Shown piece by piece: positions 35,215 through 45,880 of a DNA stretch of 64,000 nucleotides (the first letter of the stretch is position 1; the number at the start of each line of letters is the position of its first letter). The stretch lies in contig OZ116708.1 of the NCBI GenBank assembly GCA_964199315.1, positions 13,826,001 to 13,890,000 on the forward strand, read 5' to 3'. The stretch comes from Orbicella franksi (taxonomy: Eukaryota). Below the pieces are notes generated by a model. It saw only the letters and a list, made by a program, of their open reading frames with translations, searched no databases and had not been told where the DNA came from. A program made the translations under genes and the position numbers.

Positions 35215-38200
35215 TATTATTGAAGTTTTTTTATTTAACTAGCGAACACACGCCTATAGAAGTTAGTTTCGTGGAAACAAGTAATCTGATAAACTGGAGT
35301 AGATGATTAATAAAAAAACGTGTTAATAGATAAATAACAAAGGGGAAAAAGTATTATAACTAAATAGGAAGTCACTCTTAGGCTTCTGATGTAAGGAGAT
35401 AATCTTTTAGGTCTTTTCTAACTCTCTAACGAGATGTGGCATTCTTGATGTTTTGAGGTATATTAGTTCAAAAAATCATTAGCAGCAAATCTGACCCTGC
35501 ATTTGCCATAATTAGTTCTGGGTCGGTGTATAAACACGTTTTGATTGATCCCCAACGTATATGATATCAGTGAACATCTCCGATATTCGAGAAATAGGAG
35601 TCATGGATTCTAGGGAGCAAATAATTTTGGTGCTTGTACACATGCAAGTTCACCTAGTTAACGCCGCTTTGTAATGTAATAGTGTTATCCATAGATTCAT
35701 TTTCTCATGCTTTTTGTTTTAATGCCAGATTGCCTGTTTGCCGTATAGTTGATTTAGGAGCAATCAAGTTGCTGATATTAACTGCAGTTTGCTATTGCTA
35801 AATACCATTTAAATTTTCACTAACTGATCAAGTCAGGAGAAGGAAAGTATTCCATGAATAATTTGTAGAGTTTTCATTTAGCGACTTGCTGTCTTGGTAA
35901 CACATCGTCGATATATCAGCAACAATTAACAAAGAAGTTATTTCTCAAGCAACAGAAATCAGGATTACTCAGGAAAATATTGTTTAGTGCAGTTTCCAGT
36001 ATTATATCGATATTATTTAATGATACTATCCGTATCTGATTTGTTTAATCATCATGTTCTTATTGTTCGGAGTATGCTATTGCTCATTTGTCGCATACCG
36101 AAGTGCTTTGTTTCTGATATTAACCATTTTGCTGCAATTCAATAACGATTTATATTAAATGCTTTTTCTTAAACAGAGGGAACCTCCATTATAGAGTGTT
36201 ATTTAAGCTAAAATAGCTATTTTTAGTAACGGTTTTTAATGTGTAGAAGAAAAACAAGTGGACCACGCGAGAGGGATTTACTTAACAGGCACTAGAATCT
36301 GAAGAGGTGTTTTGATCTGCACACAATATCATTAAGTAATATTAAATTGTTGTAAAACACTCTATATAACAGCTTAAATAAAATCTTAAAACTGAAAGCT
36401 AAGAAAAGAAAATACGCGCCCTGATTGGTTTAAAATCGTGTTTCTATTAAACAATTAGATTATGAGCTGGAGATTTCTGTCGTGTGATAGTTGACTATCG
36501 AAATCGAGAGCGAATAATCTAATTGTTTTGGTATAAATCTACTAGTCGTTCAAAACTTTAACTAAATCCTCTTTACACCTCGAAAACGCAAAGTAACAGA
36601 ATACATAGCTATTGACTTAATGATGGCGTAAACAAAGAGAATTTACATTTTGATGATCAAAGTAAACAAGCTGTTTTTCTTATTTTTGTCGCGGTATTTT
36701 CTAAAGGAAATAGAAAACATTTTCTCCGTGTTTCTATGGAGTTTTAGTCTAAATCTACTAGTGTTCTATCACGAATGGCCCTTGCGCTTGGTTAATAAGA
36801 TATATTTACAAACTAAACATGGCAGGAACATACATATACAAATCAGTACGTTAGAGGCCAGAACTATTAAGGAAGGTGCCTACTAAATACAAAGGTTTTG
36901 CGCCTGGTTAGGACCATGCGGAAAAAGTAGATCTTTTCAAGGGATGTTAGAATCCACAACGAAAACTGGGGGTAGCCACGCATTTTTTTCGAGATAATTA
37001 GCCTTGAATCTCAACAAAAATGCTGACATCAGCATTTTTCTGAAAAAAGAAGAAAAGAATATTTCCTGAGAGATTTCCTTAGAATTCGCCTTTGCATACA
37101 GAAAAGCAAGCACATTTATAAAGACCTTAAAACTTCATGGTAAATGGTAACATAAAAACCATTTATGATAACCAGCAAGAGGGAAAAGTCCAATCTGTGT
37201 TGTCATTTTCCAATCCTCCCAAGGCCAACAAAATGCCTTAAGCAAAACGACTGCTCAATCAGTGAGATTACCAGTCGCTATTCTGGAAAGAAGACTCTAC
37301 TCGAGAGAGCAGCGGAAATCGAGCCTACCAGTGAGAGCGTGGGTGACATTAGCAGGACAATAAAAGACCCTATCACGTAGTTTTTATCCTCGAATATTAA
37401 ATACGAAACATTTTCCGTACTTCTTCTGAGAAGCACGAGTGGGGCGAAGTTACGTTTTGGAGATAGCAGGAGTGGGGGCGGGGTGTGGTAGTAAAGATTA
37501 CACCAACGATGGTCACATTTCGTAATTTATTGGTAACAAAGATAAAAACCTGATAACAAATTCTTCTCGCCTTATTTTAGGACTTTTTACTCCTTGTAAA
37601 TGGTGAGATTAACACAGGGTTGTGTAAATTTACATTTTGAAAGATAAAGACTTGGGAGAATTCTGGGTTTGTATACAGCTGCTTCGAGAAAGTTTGTCGG
37701 ATGAAAACGTGAAGCCATCGTGACAAGGCCGAAAATGTAGTCTGGTTATTAATTTTATTTTTGCATGCATATCGGTGTAGAGGAAATCCATCTTGTAAGG
37801 TAATTAGCGAAGCTTTATATTTATAACACGTTTGTCGCGTTAAGCACGTTTTAACACGTCTTTCTGTACGCTTTGCATTTCTTTGGACAATGCAAGCAAA
37901 TTCTAAAAACAAAAATAAACATGTAATGTTTCGCAATGATTTGCAAGAAGGAATTTGTCCCGCTTTACGTTTGAAAAGCGAATTTTCTCTTGTTAGTTGT
38001 AACTGGTCAGTTGATGAAACAAACGGGCGAATATTTGCAAGGTGGCATATTTTCCTAAATAAGTATGAATTTCCAATTATCGTCGGCCTTTGGCTAGTGA
38101 TCAATGATTTTATTCACCCAAAGCTGTATAAAAGACAAATTAATTTTGTTCATTTGTCAAAGTGGCCGCCCGTAAGAAACGATGATAAATTGATCTGCTG

Positions 38201-39786
38201 CAGTTTGACACATTTTCACACTTCCCCAACACCAGCGGAGAAAAGGTCTGCGTGAAATGATACTTACAGTTGAAGCCCATTCCGTCCTCTCATGGTGATT
38301 CTAATTATACCTTTTTCCGCTTTATAGGAATTAAGAAAAACCATTCAACATTTTCTGGGGTCGAGAACTAGCAATACAGAGCTTTGCGAGAAGGTTTATA
38401 TGGTTAACCATTCAATTGAAATAGAAAGGGTAGTTACGTAGTTAATCGTATTGTCGCCGGCAAACGATTAACCATATTTCAAATGTCAAACTCGACGATG
38501 TTGCCACCAAATTGCTTCCATCCTGCATATCAAATAATGTGAAGTGAGAAATTTTTGTAGATTCTGCTAATTGGGAAGAACAGGGAAGGTTACTTGCAAT
38601 ACGCTGACTTTCAAATGGTTAACGGTTGTTGGTTATTCGTGCGCGTAAATAACACACATGAAACCCGGAAGTTGTCGCGTCGCGTGTAATGATGATATAT
38701 CCGATTACTCTACACGGATAAGCATTTCATTGGGTTAAAGTCAATTTATTTACCACTATTCCGTTGAACAACACAAAGATCTTCTACTTGATCCTGGAGA
38801 ATGTCTTAAATAATAGACACGAGCTCTAACCTTCCCTTAAATGCCATTTTACTTGAAGCAAGTCGCAAATTTCGTTTTGCTACAGGCGGTTACGAATTGT
38901 ATTCCACGAATATCTGCACCGAGCCTTAATCTGGATTAACGTAGAAAAGTTCTGTCCAAATTCCAGAAAAAAAGTGTACGTCATTGACCCGAAATCGAAT
39001 TCTAGAATATCGTGACGCCATGACAATCGCTGGCGTTACCTTCATTGGAAAATTCCTCGCATATCTCTTTCAGACATATCTGAAAGAAGAATTTATAGAA
39101 TGTCACACCACTCGCTCTAACATAGGTCGGGAGAAGAGGGGAGTTGTACAGTCTCGCGGGTACAGCTAACGAGCGCTACTAGAGAAAGAAACAGCATACA
39201 ATGGCAAGTTTACCTGGGTAGGCACTAAGAAATGTAAAGTCATCTTTCTAAATGACCTTCTACGGTAGGCGATTGGTGAGTCCATGGCATGACCTTCTGT
39301 TGCCTATTGAGGGGCAAACGGCCATCTTGCTCCCCCGTAAAATTCAACCATACACAAGATATTGTGTTTGAAAAGGATGTTTCCTGCACTGAAAAAGATG
39401 ACCATGTCTACGTCTTTAAAGGGGTGGTTAATTCGCGCGAAACAGAAATGATGCAAATTCGGCTGAAACAGTGGGTACCGAGCAAGTGGATATTTTCGCC
39501 TTGCCCTCGCCGTTTCGCGGAGTTTATCTGTGGACAGCAATAAAAGCGTTGCTGCTAGCTAAACGCGATTGAAATTATGCATGTCTTTCTTCGTTTCCCC
39601 CTCTAATACCGGAACGCGTATGAAGCGAGGTGTGTTCTCGGCTTCAGAAGTGTCACTGGGTTAACCGCCTTTTTCCGCTTTACAGGAATTGCGACGGGGA
39701 GTGGCGGGGGGGGGGGGGGGATCACCGACAAACGTCAATTCTTGCCGAAGACCCGAATACATCTTAGGCGATGCTGCTGACAGTAC

Positions 39787-39814
39787 TCATCATCATCATC
39801 ATCATCATCATCAT
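39787..39814. repeat. (CAT)n microsatellite
   Basis: Direct reading. Confidence 0.95.
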
Positions 39815-40640
39815 CGTTTTTTAACAACACGGTAAATACATCAGGCATTAACAATTTAATATAAAAGCTACAACTTATTACGAAAGACTACGTATACAGA
39901 TTAATCTTCTATAATTTAAAATATTGCTAACTATTAAAGAAAAGTAAACTAAATTAAAGCCTGTTTTACGTGTGCCGTGTCGTGTACTTTCATATCAATA
40001 GAATTATCTTGCAAAGAATCCACTCGATTTTGTACTTTTTTACTGTTTTATTTCCACTAAATATCGACTTATCATCAGCACTACAGAAATCATGAAATTG
40101 CAGTCTCCATAGCAAGGTATCCTCATTTGTTAAACTATTCAGTTTGAAATTAAACCCAGTGAATTTGTTTATCCTAAGGCAAGATCCTAAAACGCTTCCT
40201 GAGATATCGATCAGAAGTAGTTTGAATCGTTCCTTTGTATAAACGGAAGCTAAACTGCTTTCCTGGCATCCATATTTTACTCCCTGGATAAGAGTAAACA
40301 TACTGACAATGATAACATTTGATTGCTGTGACTACATTTCTGGCGGATCGAAGCAAAATTGCATCTAAGGGACGAACGCCAAACTTTGAAAAACTGAATA
40401 ACAACCGACTATTCACACGGAAACTGATCAGACAGTACTATCACTTACAGTGTGCGAGGTTTTAGAAGTTAAAAACACATGTTGAAATCTTATCTTACAT
40501 AGTTTAATGATGTACTGGGTACTCTAAGTCTTCTCAATCGTTTTTCACTGGCAAAACTCTGGTACTTTTTCTAATCCGTATGTCTTTTGATATCGCAAAG
40601 TGTATACGAATTCCTAAGATACATGACAGCAAAAAGTGCT

Positions 40641-42497
40641 CTAAACAACAATTACTTTACTCTCGCCCACAAACCCAGTGAGCACGGCGATGCGTCCTTC
40701 CGCGGTCACTGCAATCCTTGGTGCAATGTATTTTCTTTCTTTCTTTCCACTTCTGTCTTTGTCTGCATAAAAACTGTTCACGCATTCACCGTCTTCTGCA
40801 CACACTGAGATGTTCACGATTCCTTCTGAGCTGTTTGCGATTAGCACATGTTTGCTTAAGGAGTGGAACGCTATGGCTTGAACTCCCTTTAATGGAATCC
40901 CTTTGAACCTTCGATGCTCTGTTTGTACCTCGTCCTTCAACTCGTCCACGCTACCATCACTGTTCAATACTAACACGCTTCCATTGTCAGTAATGGCAAT
41001 GTCTTTTGCTTTCGTGAGGCCTTTGGGTTCTTGGGACTTCTTAAATTGCTCTTTTGCATCTAGATCTTCAGGCTCTTTAGGTTTCTTTGTGTCTTTGGTG
41101 CTTTTGGAATGTTCTGGCTTTTTCTGAACTTTGGACTCTTCTGGCTCTTCTGAGGCATCTTTTCGCTCCTTTGATCCTTTTGCGGTATCTCCAGGCTTGC
41201 TGGGCTCTGTTTGTTCTTTTGGTTCCTTCAGTTCCAGGCTGCCAACGTACTGCAAGTCCTTGTACACTTCTACCACCAATCGCTCCGAATCAGGTTTCTC
41301 ATTGAGAACAAGGATTTCATTTTTGTCATTGAGGATTGGGGAGCAGCGCACAAGTCCTTCCCTCAGGCGAAATTTGTTTTGTAGGTTACCGCGTTGATCA
41401 AATACATAGATTTCATGGCGATATTTATCTAACTTGATAAGTACGAGCAACTTATCTTCATGGTCGGTTGTTATCCCACAGACATCTTGATCAGCCAAAC
41501 GACGACGAAGGGGAGAGAAAGAACGCAAAAAGTTGCCTTCTCTGTCAAAAGCTTTAATTTTCTGATCACCTTCGTCCACGATAACGAAAGTTCCTTCTTT
41601 GGTGACAGCGATGTCGCAAGCAAACTTCAAATTTTCGTCTTCTTTAAGGTTTTGGCCAAATGACAATGTTAAGCAGTAATGCTTCATATTCAGCTCAGCA
41701 TGCGCAAGTCTCGCATCGCGCAGTGGATCAACTTTCTCATCTCCGAACTGAATACAGGACCAGATCCAGGGCTGTTCTTCTCCACTGACCGCAATTTGTG
41801 TAATTTCGTAAATGACGCGATTTATGTGGCAAACACCCAAGAAACAGTTCTTTTGGTCGTCGCCACTAATTCCACCTCTTTTAGTTGCACGCTTAAAAGT
41901 CTCCTTCACCCTTTTCATGCCATTTAAATGTTTAAGCCACGTTTTATACTCCTGCATTGCAATCCAGGGATTTCTATAATTCTCCAGTATCACGGACGAG
42001 ACGCCAATATTTGCAGCAAGAACCATATCAGACATTGAAAGACTGTCATTCCAAAAAGCACTTCTTGCTTTCTCACGGGCTTGCTGAAATCTCTCTTTGG
42101 CTCTCGAAACCTTAATGGCTGCTTCTCCTTGGTCGGGCAGATTTTTTAAACGCTCAATATTTTTAATAAGCAAATCGGCTTCAAGAACACATGTCCAAGG
42201 GCAATAGTTTTTCAATTCCGCCGCTTGCCCTTTCATTTCTTTCTCGTCACGACTCTCGTTGCTTAAAACTTCATCTAGATACCTAATACCCTCTTCAAAA
42301 AGGTGCAAACTCTCAAGGAGTTTTAGTTGTTTTTGTCTCTCGAGCAATATCTTGACTTCATCAATTTCTGTCAAGATGATCTGGCATAGCGTCTTATTGG
42401 CTGTGTCGCCATCTTCAAGCCTCTTCTCGACTAAAAAACGTCGCCCGATCTTTAAAGCAAAGCTGAAAGCGCTCAGCGCCATTGAGAGACCTTCCAT
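40641..42497 (-). CDS. Helical-domain + NHL-repeat beta-propeller protein, 618 aa, single coding exon; no RING or B-box
   Basis: Long ORF. The C-half has NHL blades (DIAVTKEGTFVIVDEGDQKIKAFDREGNFLRSF; GITTDHEDKLLV; RIAVTAEGRIAV). The N-half aligns to the + copies (EID..L..LL.S..LF.EG; AKE.F.QAR.KA..AF.ND.LS; ILEN; VC.INR.IY; PL.D.R.A). Confidence 0.88.
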   Translation of the reverse strand: MEGLSMALSAFSFALKIGRRFLVEKRLEDGDTANKTLCQIILTEIDEVKILLERQKQLKLLESLHLFEEGIRYLDEVLSNESRDEKEMKGQAAELKNYCPWTCVLEADLLIKNIERLKNLPDQGEAAIKVSRAKERFQQAREKARSAFWNDSLSMSDMVLAANIGVSSVILENYRNPWIAMQEYKTWLKHLNGMKRVKETFKRATKRGGISGDDQKNCFLGVCHINRVIYEITQIAVSGEEQPWIWSCIQFGDEKVDPLRDARLAHAELNMKHYCLTLSFGQNLKEDENLKFACDIAVTKEGTFVIVDEGDQKIKAFDREGNFLRSFSPLRRRLADQDVCGITTDHEDKLLVLIKLDKYRHEIYVFDQRGNLQNKFRLREGLVRCSPILNDKNEILVLNEKPDSERLVVEVYKDLQYVGSLELKEPKEQTEPSKPGDTAKGSKERKDASEEPEESKVQKKPEHSKSTKDTKKPKEPEDLDAKEQFKKSQEPKGLTKAKDIAITDNGSVLVLNSDGSVDELKDEVQTEHRRFKGIPLKGVQAIAFHSLSKHVLIANSSEGIVNISVCAEDGECVNSFYADKDRSGKKERKYIAPRIAVTAEGRIAVLTGFVGESKVIVV

Positions 42498-42535
42498 TAT
42501 TAGTTCTTAGTTGTTGAGCTCTAACGATGCCTACA

Positions 42536-42570
42536 CTGTCAAGACATAAGGGAGTTTGTCACCTAGTCAA
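42536..42570 (-). promoter_or_regulatory. Splice acceptor of the 5'UTR intron of the minus-strand NHL gene
   Basis: Minus strand reads ttgac (branch-like)...ctcccttatgtcttgacag| then 38 nt to the ATG; same layout as the + paralogs. Confidence 0.5.
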
Positions 42571-43588
42571 CTAAAGCTGTTTGTTAAAAAGTGAGAGCTT
42601 AAATATAAACGCGACTCCGAAGGAATTGATAGCCCGGAATATTAGAATAAAAGATTGACAGAGCTATAGAAAAATGGCGACAGGTGACTTCAGTGACCTA
42701 ATAGTTAACGACGTCTTGCTTTTCACAAACAGCTTTATAGTTCCGCCAGAAGAACCGCAGAATTTGTATGAATGGAAAGTGTCAAACGTCCTTTATCAAC
42801 TGGCATAAGGGGTGAAAGGGTTCACAAGGCATTGTTTTATGTTTATGAAGCGTACAGATGGAGTGCGTGCGTGCAAAACAAAAAGGAAGTTTCTTGATTC
42901 TTTAGAGATTACTTATGTGTTCGAATGTTTAGGAAATGTAAGATTTAATCGCAGATTACATTACGTTTGTGGCTATGAATGTGAAAAGGACGAAAAGCCA
43001 ATGTTTGCTTCACACGCTTTAGACATCTACTTCGTTGGGGGTAGACAAAATGTCTGGAAGGCTAGTTACACGTATTTATTTAGCTGCGGCACCCTTAATC
43101 CTTTCTAGACGCGTCTATGACTAAAGGGAACTTTAGAATCAATTAAACAGAGATTTCCAAGTTTCATTTGGAAAGTTTTCCGAACTACTCTGTCTAATGT
43201 TGCCATTGTTGCTCCGCCAGACAGTTTTATCATATGTTGTATTTGTAATATACGGGGTTATATGAAGGATGGGAAGGATTTCAGTTCCTTTGTGACTACG
43301 CTGTCAAAGAGATTCCATCAGACCTTCTCAATCACCGTTCTCTTCTCGCAATAATAGAAACGTTAACACTACCCCCAAGTAATCGTTCAAACAAAACAAA
43401 CAAATTAATGCCCTCTGATGCCGTTTTGACACTATTTAGTTTCAAACGTTTTGCGTAACAAACGTTATTGTCTTGCACGCCTACTTCATCGTGGTCAATT
43501 GATTTCCTCAGCATTTAGATATTTGTGTGCCTAAAGTGCGGGACTTATTCGAGTGTGGTGCCTCCTCATAACGCAGCAATTTTTTCTT

Positions 43589-43625
43589 TATAAATAGCAA
43601 GTTACATCAATCCGACTAATCATTG
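43589..43625 (+). promoter_or_regulatory. Candidate TATA + Inr core promoter of NHL copy 1 (TATA repeated at 48921 and 54302)
   Basis: TATAAATA at 43589 and TCATT with its A at 43622 (33 nt downstream); candidate donor aag|gtagtg at 43694 and acceptor at 44091 would give a non-coding first exon. Confidence 0.45.
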
Positions 43626-44149
43626 CTCAGAGAATTTTGATTCAACAAACAAAATTACAAAGTCACTCTGAGGTCTTGTTGAATTAAGTAAAGGTAGTGT
43701 AGTTACTTCAATTAGGCTTCAAAGAATTAGAAGAAATAAAAACGCTTCTACGATATGTTCGTCACTCGATAACAGCGAAAGTGCTTAGTTTCATTCCTAG
43801 TTCACAAAACTTCCAGCAAGCCGGAGGAGAATGTAGTTCAGCGGATAATCAAAGCTCGTTCTAATGGGCCTAATAACTGCAGTAGAGTGCCCCATTGTCG
43901 ATGTATTTATGTTGCTGACCTGTGGCTCATGAAAGACCGTAAACATGATTCAATTCATGAATCTGACAAGCCTTCCGTAATAGTCAAACGAGCTTTCAGA
44001 AATTATGTAAATATTTGCACCTTCTGTCAACACATTATGTTTCAGAGTTGCCAGCTGAGCAAAAATTGATGTAACACATTTTTCCTCCTAGTACGCCACA
44101 CCCGAAAATACTGGACTAAAAGGTATCGAAATATTCTTAAACCGAAGTT

Positions 44150-45880
44150 ATGGCTAATGATGAAACGGATCTATTTGATATCACGGTTGGTCTGCTTGTG
44201 AAAAAGGACCGAAGGACGGCGAGGAAGATGAAAGAAGAAGACTTCGTTCGTGAAATCGACTACCTTTCATTTCAGTTAGATGCAATTGCGAGATCGCATC
44301 TTCTGACAAGCATTACCTTGTTTAAGGAGGGTGTGCTCTCCCTTTTTAAACTATTAGATAAAAGTAACACAGGTAAATATCACACAGAAGAAGGACCATC
44401 ACCTAGAGAAACAACTGAAGAGACTGAACATATGGAAATTTTTCAGGAATCATCGTCAGATGCTATGAGCACACTTTCTCGAGGTCTAAAGGAATTGAAA
44501 CTGACCAACTTGAATGAGAGAGGCAACGAAACACTTAAGACGGCAAAAGAAGATTTTCACCAAGCCCGCCTGAAGGCAATAGAGGCCTTCAATAACGATG
44601 CTTTAAGCACGTTAGATCGTATTCATGCGATAGCCATTCGTGTTGCGGCGAAAATTCTCGAAAATGTGGATCACCCGGACGAGGCGTTAGCGGTGTGCAG
44701 AATGTCTCTTGAAGATTTACACTCCTTAAAAGGAGTGCCCGAAAGTTTTGGCGTGGAACTAACCCAAGGCTTCAGAGCCCACTTTTATAAGGCAGATCGC
44801 AGACAAATCATCGCGTCTGTCTGTCGAATAAATCGCGCCATTTACGATGTCATGTCAATGATCGGAATAAGTGGGGAGCTGCTGACGCTTCCCTTGATAG
44901 GAGAAGGAAAGGAAGCGGTAAACCCATTGCACGACTCAAGAGTCGCTGAAGTTCTGGGTAAACTAGACATGGAGCAGTTTTCCGTCCAGCCGTTGTCGCT
45001 TGGCCAAGAGGATGAAGAAGAAAACAAACCCAAGATACCGCAGGGTATTGCTGTAGACTCACAAGGTCACATTATTGTTGGCGACGACTGGGATCGCAAT
45101 GTTAAGGTTTTTGATCACACTGGCCAGTTCCAGTACTCTTTTTCATGTCCTCTGAGTGACAATCCCAACGCACTTTCGAGTATTGCAGACGTAGCTACTG
45201 ATCGTACTGACAACGTGTACGTCTTGATTGAAGCGCAGAAGTCGGCGACGGCACGTTACCAAGTGTATGTGGTCAAGAAACAGGCCACGTTACATTGCTT
45301 TCCTTTGAGAGAAGAGGTTGAAGAAGCCTTACGGCTAACATTGAACAAAAAGGATCATATTCTTGTGTTGGCACAGTCGGTAGACAGTTCTGACCAAAAT
45401 ACCAGAAGTGTCGTGGAAGTTTACAACAAACATGGAAAGCGTGAACACAGCTTTGGAGACCAACAGTTAAAATGTGCGCAAGATTTGAGTGTGAGTGGAG
45501 ATGACCGAATACTGGTACTGGACAGAGATGTCGATGACGTTCTGTCTATTCACGTCTTCTCTCCACATGGAGAACATTCATTCCACTTCAAAGTAAAGGA
45601 AGAACCCCATATCCCCAGATCAAGGCCCTCTGTTGCATGTTACCAAGTACTTAATCATGTAGTTGTAGCTTATCCGTGTATGGTCTCTCACGGCAAAGGT
45701 CACTGTGTAAAAATTGCTGTATACACCATGCAGGGTGACAAACATGAAATTGTTCGCAGCATCGAACTCGCCACTGGTGAGCTGGTTTCTACTCGAGGAA
45801 TTGCAGTAACTCTCAAGGGACACATCGCAATCGGTTTACTAGAAAAGAGCGAAGGTAACAGTAGAGTACTTGTTGTATAG
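44150..45880 (+). CDS. Helical-domain + NHL-repeat protein, tandem copy 1 (576 aa)
   Basis: Intact ORF with NHL signature PQGIAVDSQGHIIVGDDWDRNVKVFDHTGQF; ends in a closing beta-strand RVLVV; splice acceptor ttttcctcctag ends 59 nt upstream of the ATG (44091). Confidence 0.9.
   Translation: MANDETDLFDITVGLLVKKDRRTARKMKEEDFVREIDYLSFQLDAIARSHLLTSITLFKEGVLSLFKLLDKSNTGKYHTEEGPSPRETTEETEHMEIFQESSSDAMSTLSRGLKELKLTNLNERGNETLKTAKEDFHQARLKAIEAFNNDALSTLDRIHAIAIRVAAKILENVDHPDEALAVCRMSLEDLHSLKGVPESFGVELTQGFRAHFYKADRRQIIASVCRINRAIYDVMSMIGISGELLTLPLIGEGKEAVNPLHDSRVAEVLGKLDMEQFSVQPLSLGQEDEEENKPKIPQGIAVDSQGHIIVGDDWDRNVKVFDHTGQFQYSFSCPLSDNPNALSSIADVATDRTDNVYVLIEAQKSATARYQVYVVKKQATLHCFPLREEVEEALRLTLNKKDHILVLAQSVDSSDQNTRSVVEVYNKHGKREHSFGDQQLKCAQDLSVSGDDRILVLDRDVDDVLSIHVFSPHGEHSFHFKVKEEPHIPRSRPSVACYQVLNHVVVAYPCMVSHGKGHCVKIAVYTMQGDKHEIVRSIELATGELVSTRGIAVTLKGHIAIGLLEKSEGNSRVLVV

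Noticed and set aside
37577-38255. 175-aa (-) and 121-aa (+) overlapping ORFs
   Set aside because: No recognisable motif or splice-phase support; composition looks non-coding.
38689-38790. C/D box snoRNA (ATGATGA)
   Set aside because: No D box (CTGA) or terminal stem within the expected distance.
40060-40085. Minus-strand CTGATGA hammerhead core
   Set aside because: Followed by GATA rather than GAAA, with no stems.
39289-40416. Short ORFs at 39289, 39990 and 40174
   Set aside because: No recognisable domain; could be decayed coding sequence, but this is unsupported.
42812-43108. 98-aa ORF in the intergenic region
   Set aside because: Disrupted by indels in units 2 and 3; no homology recognised.
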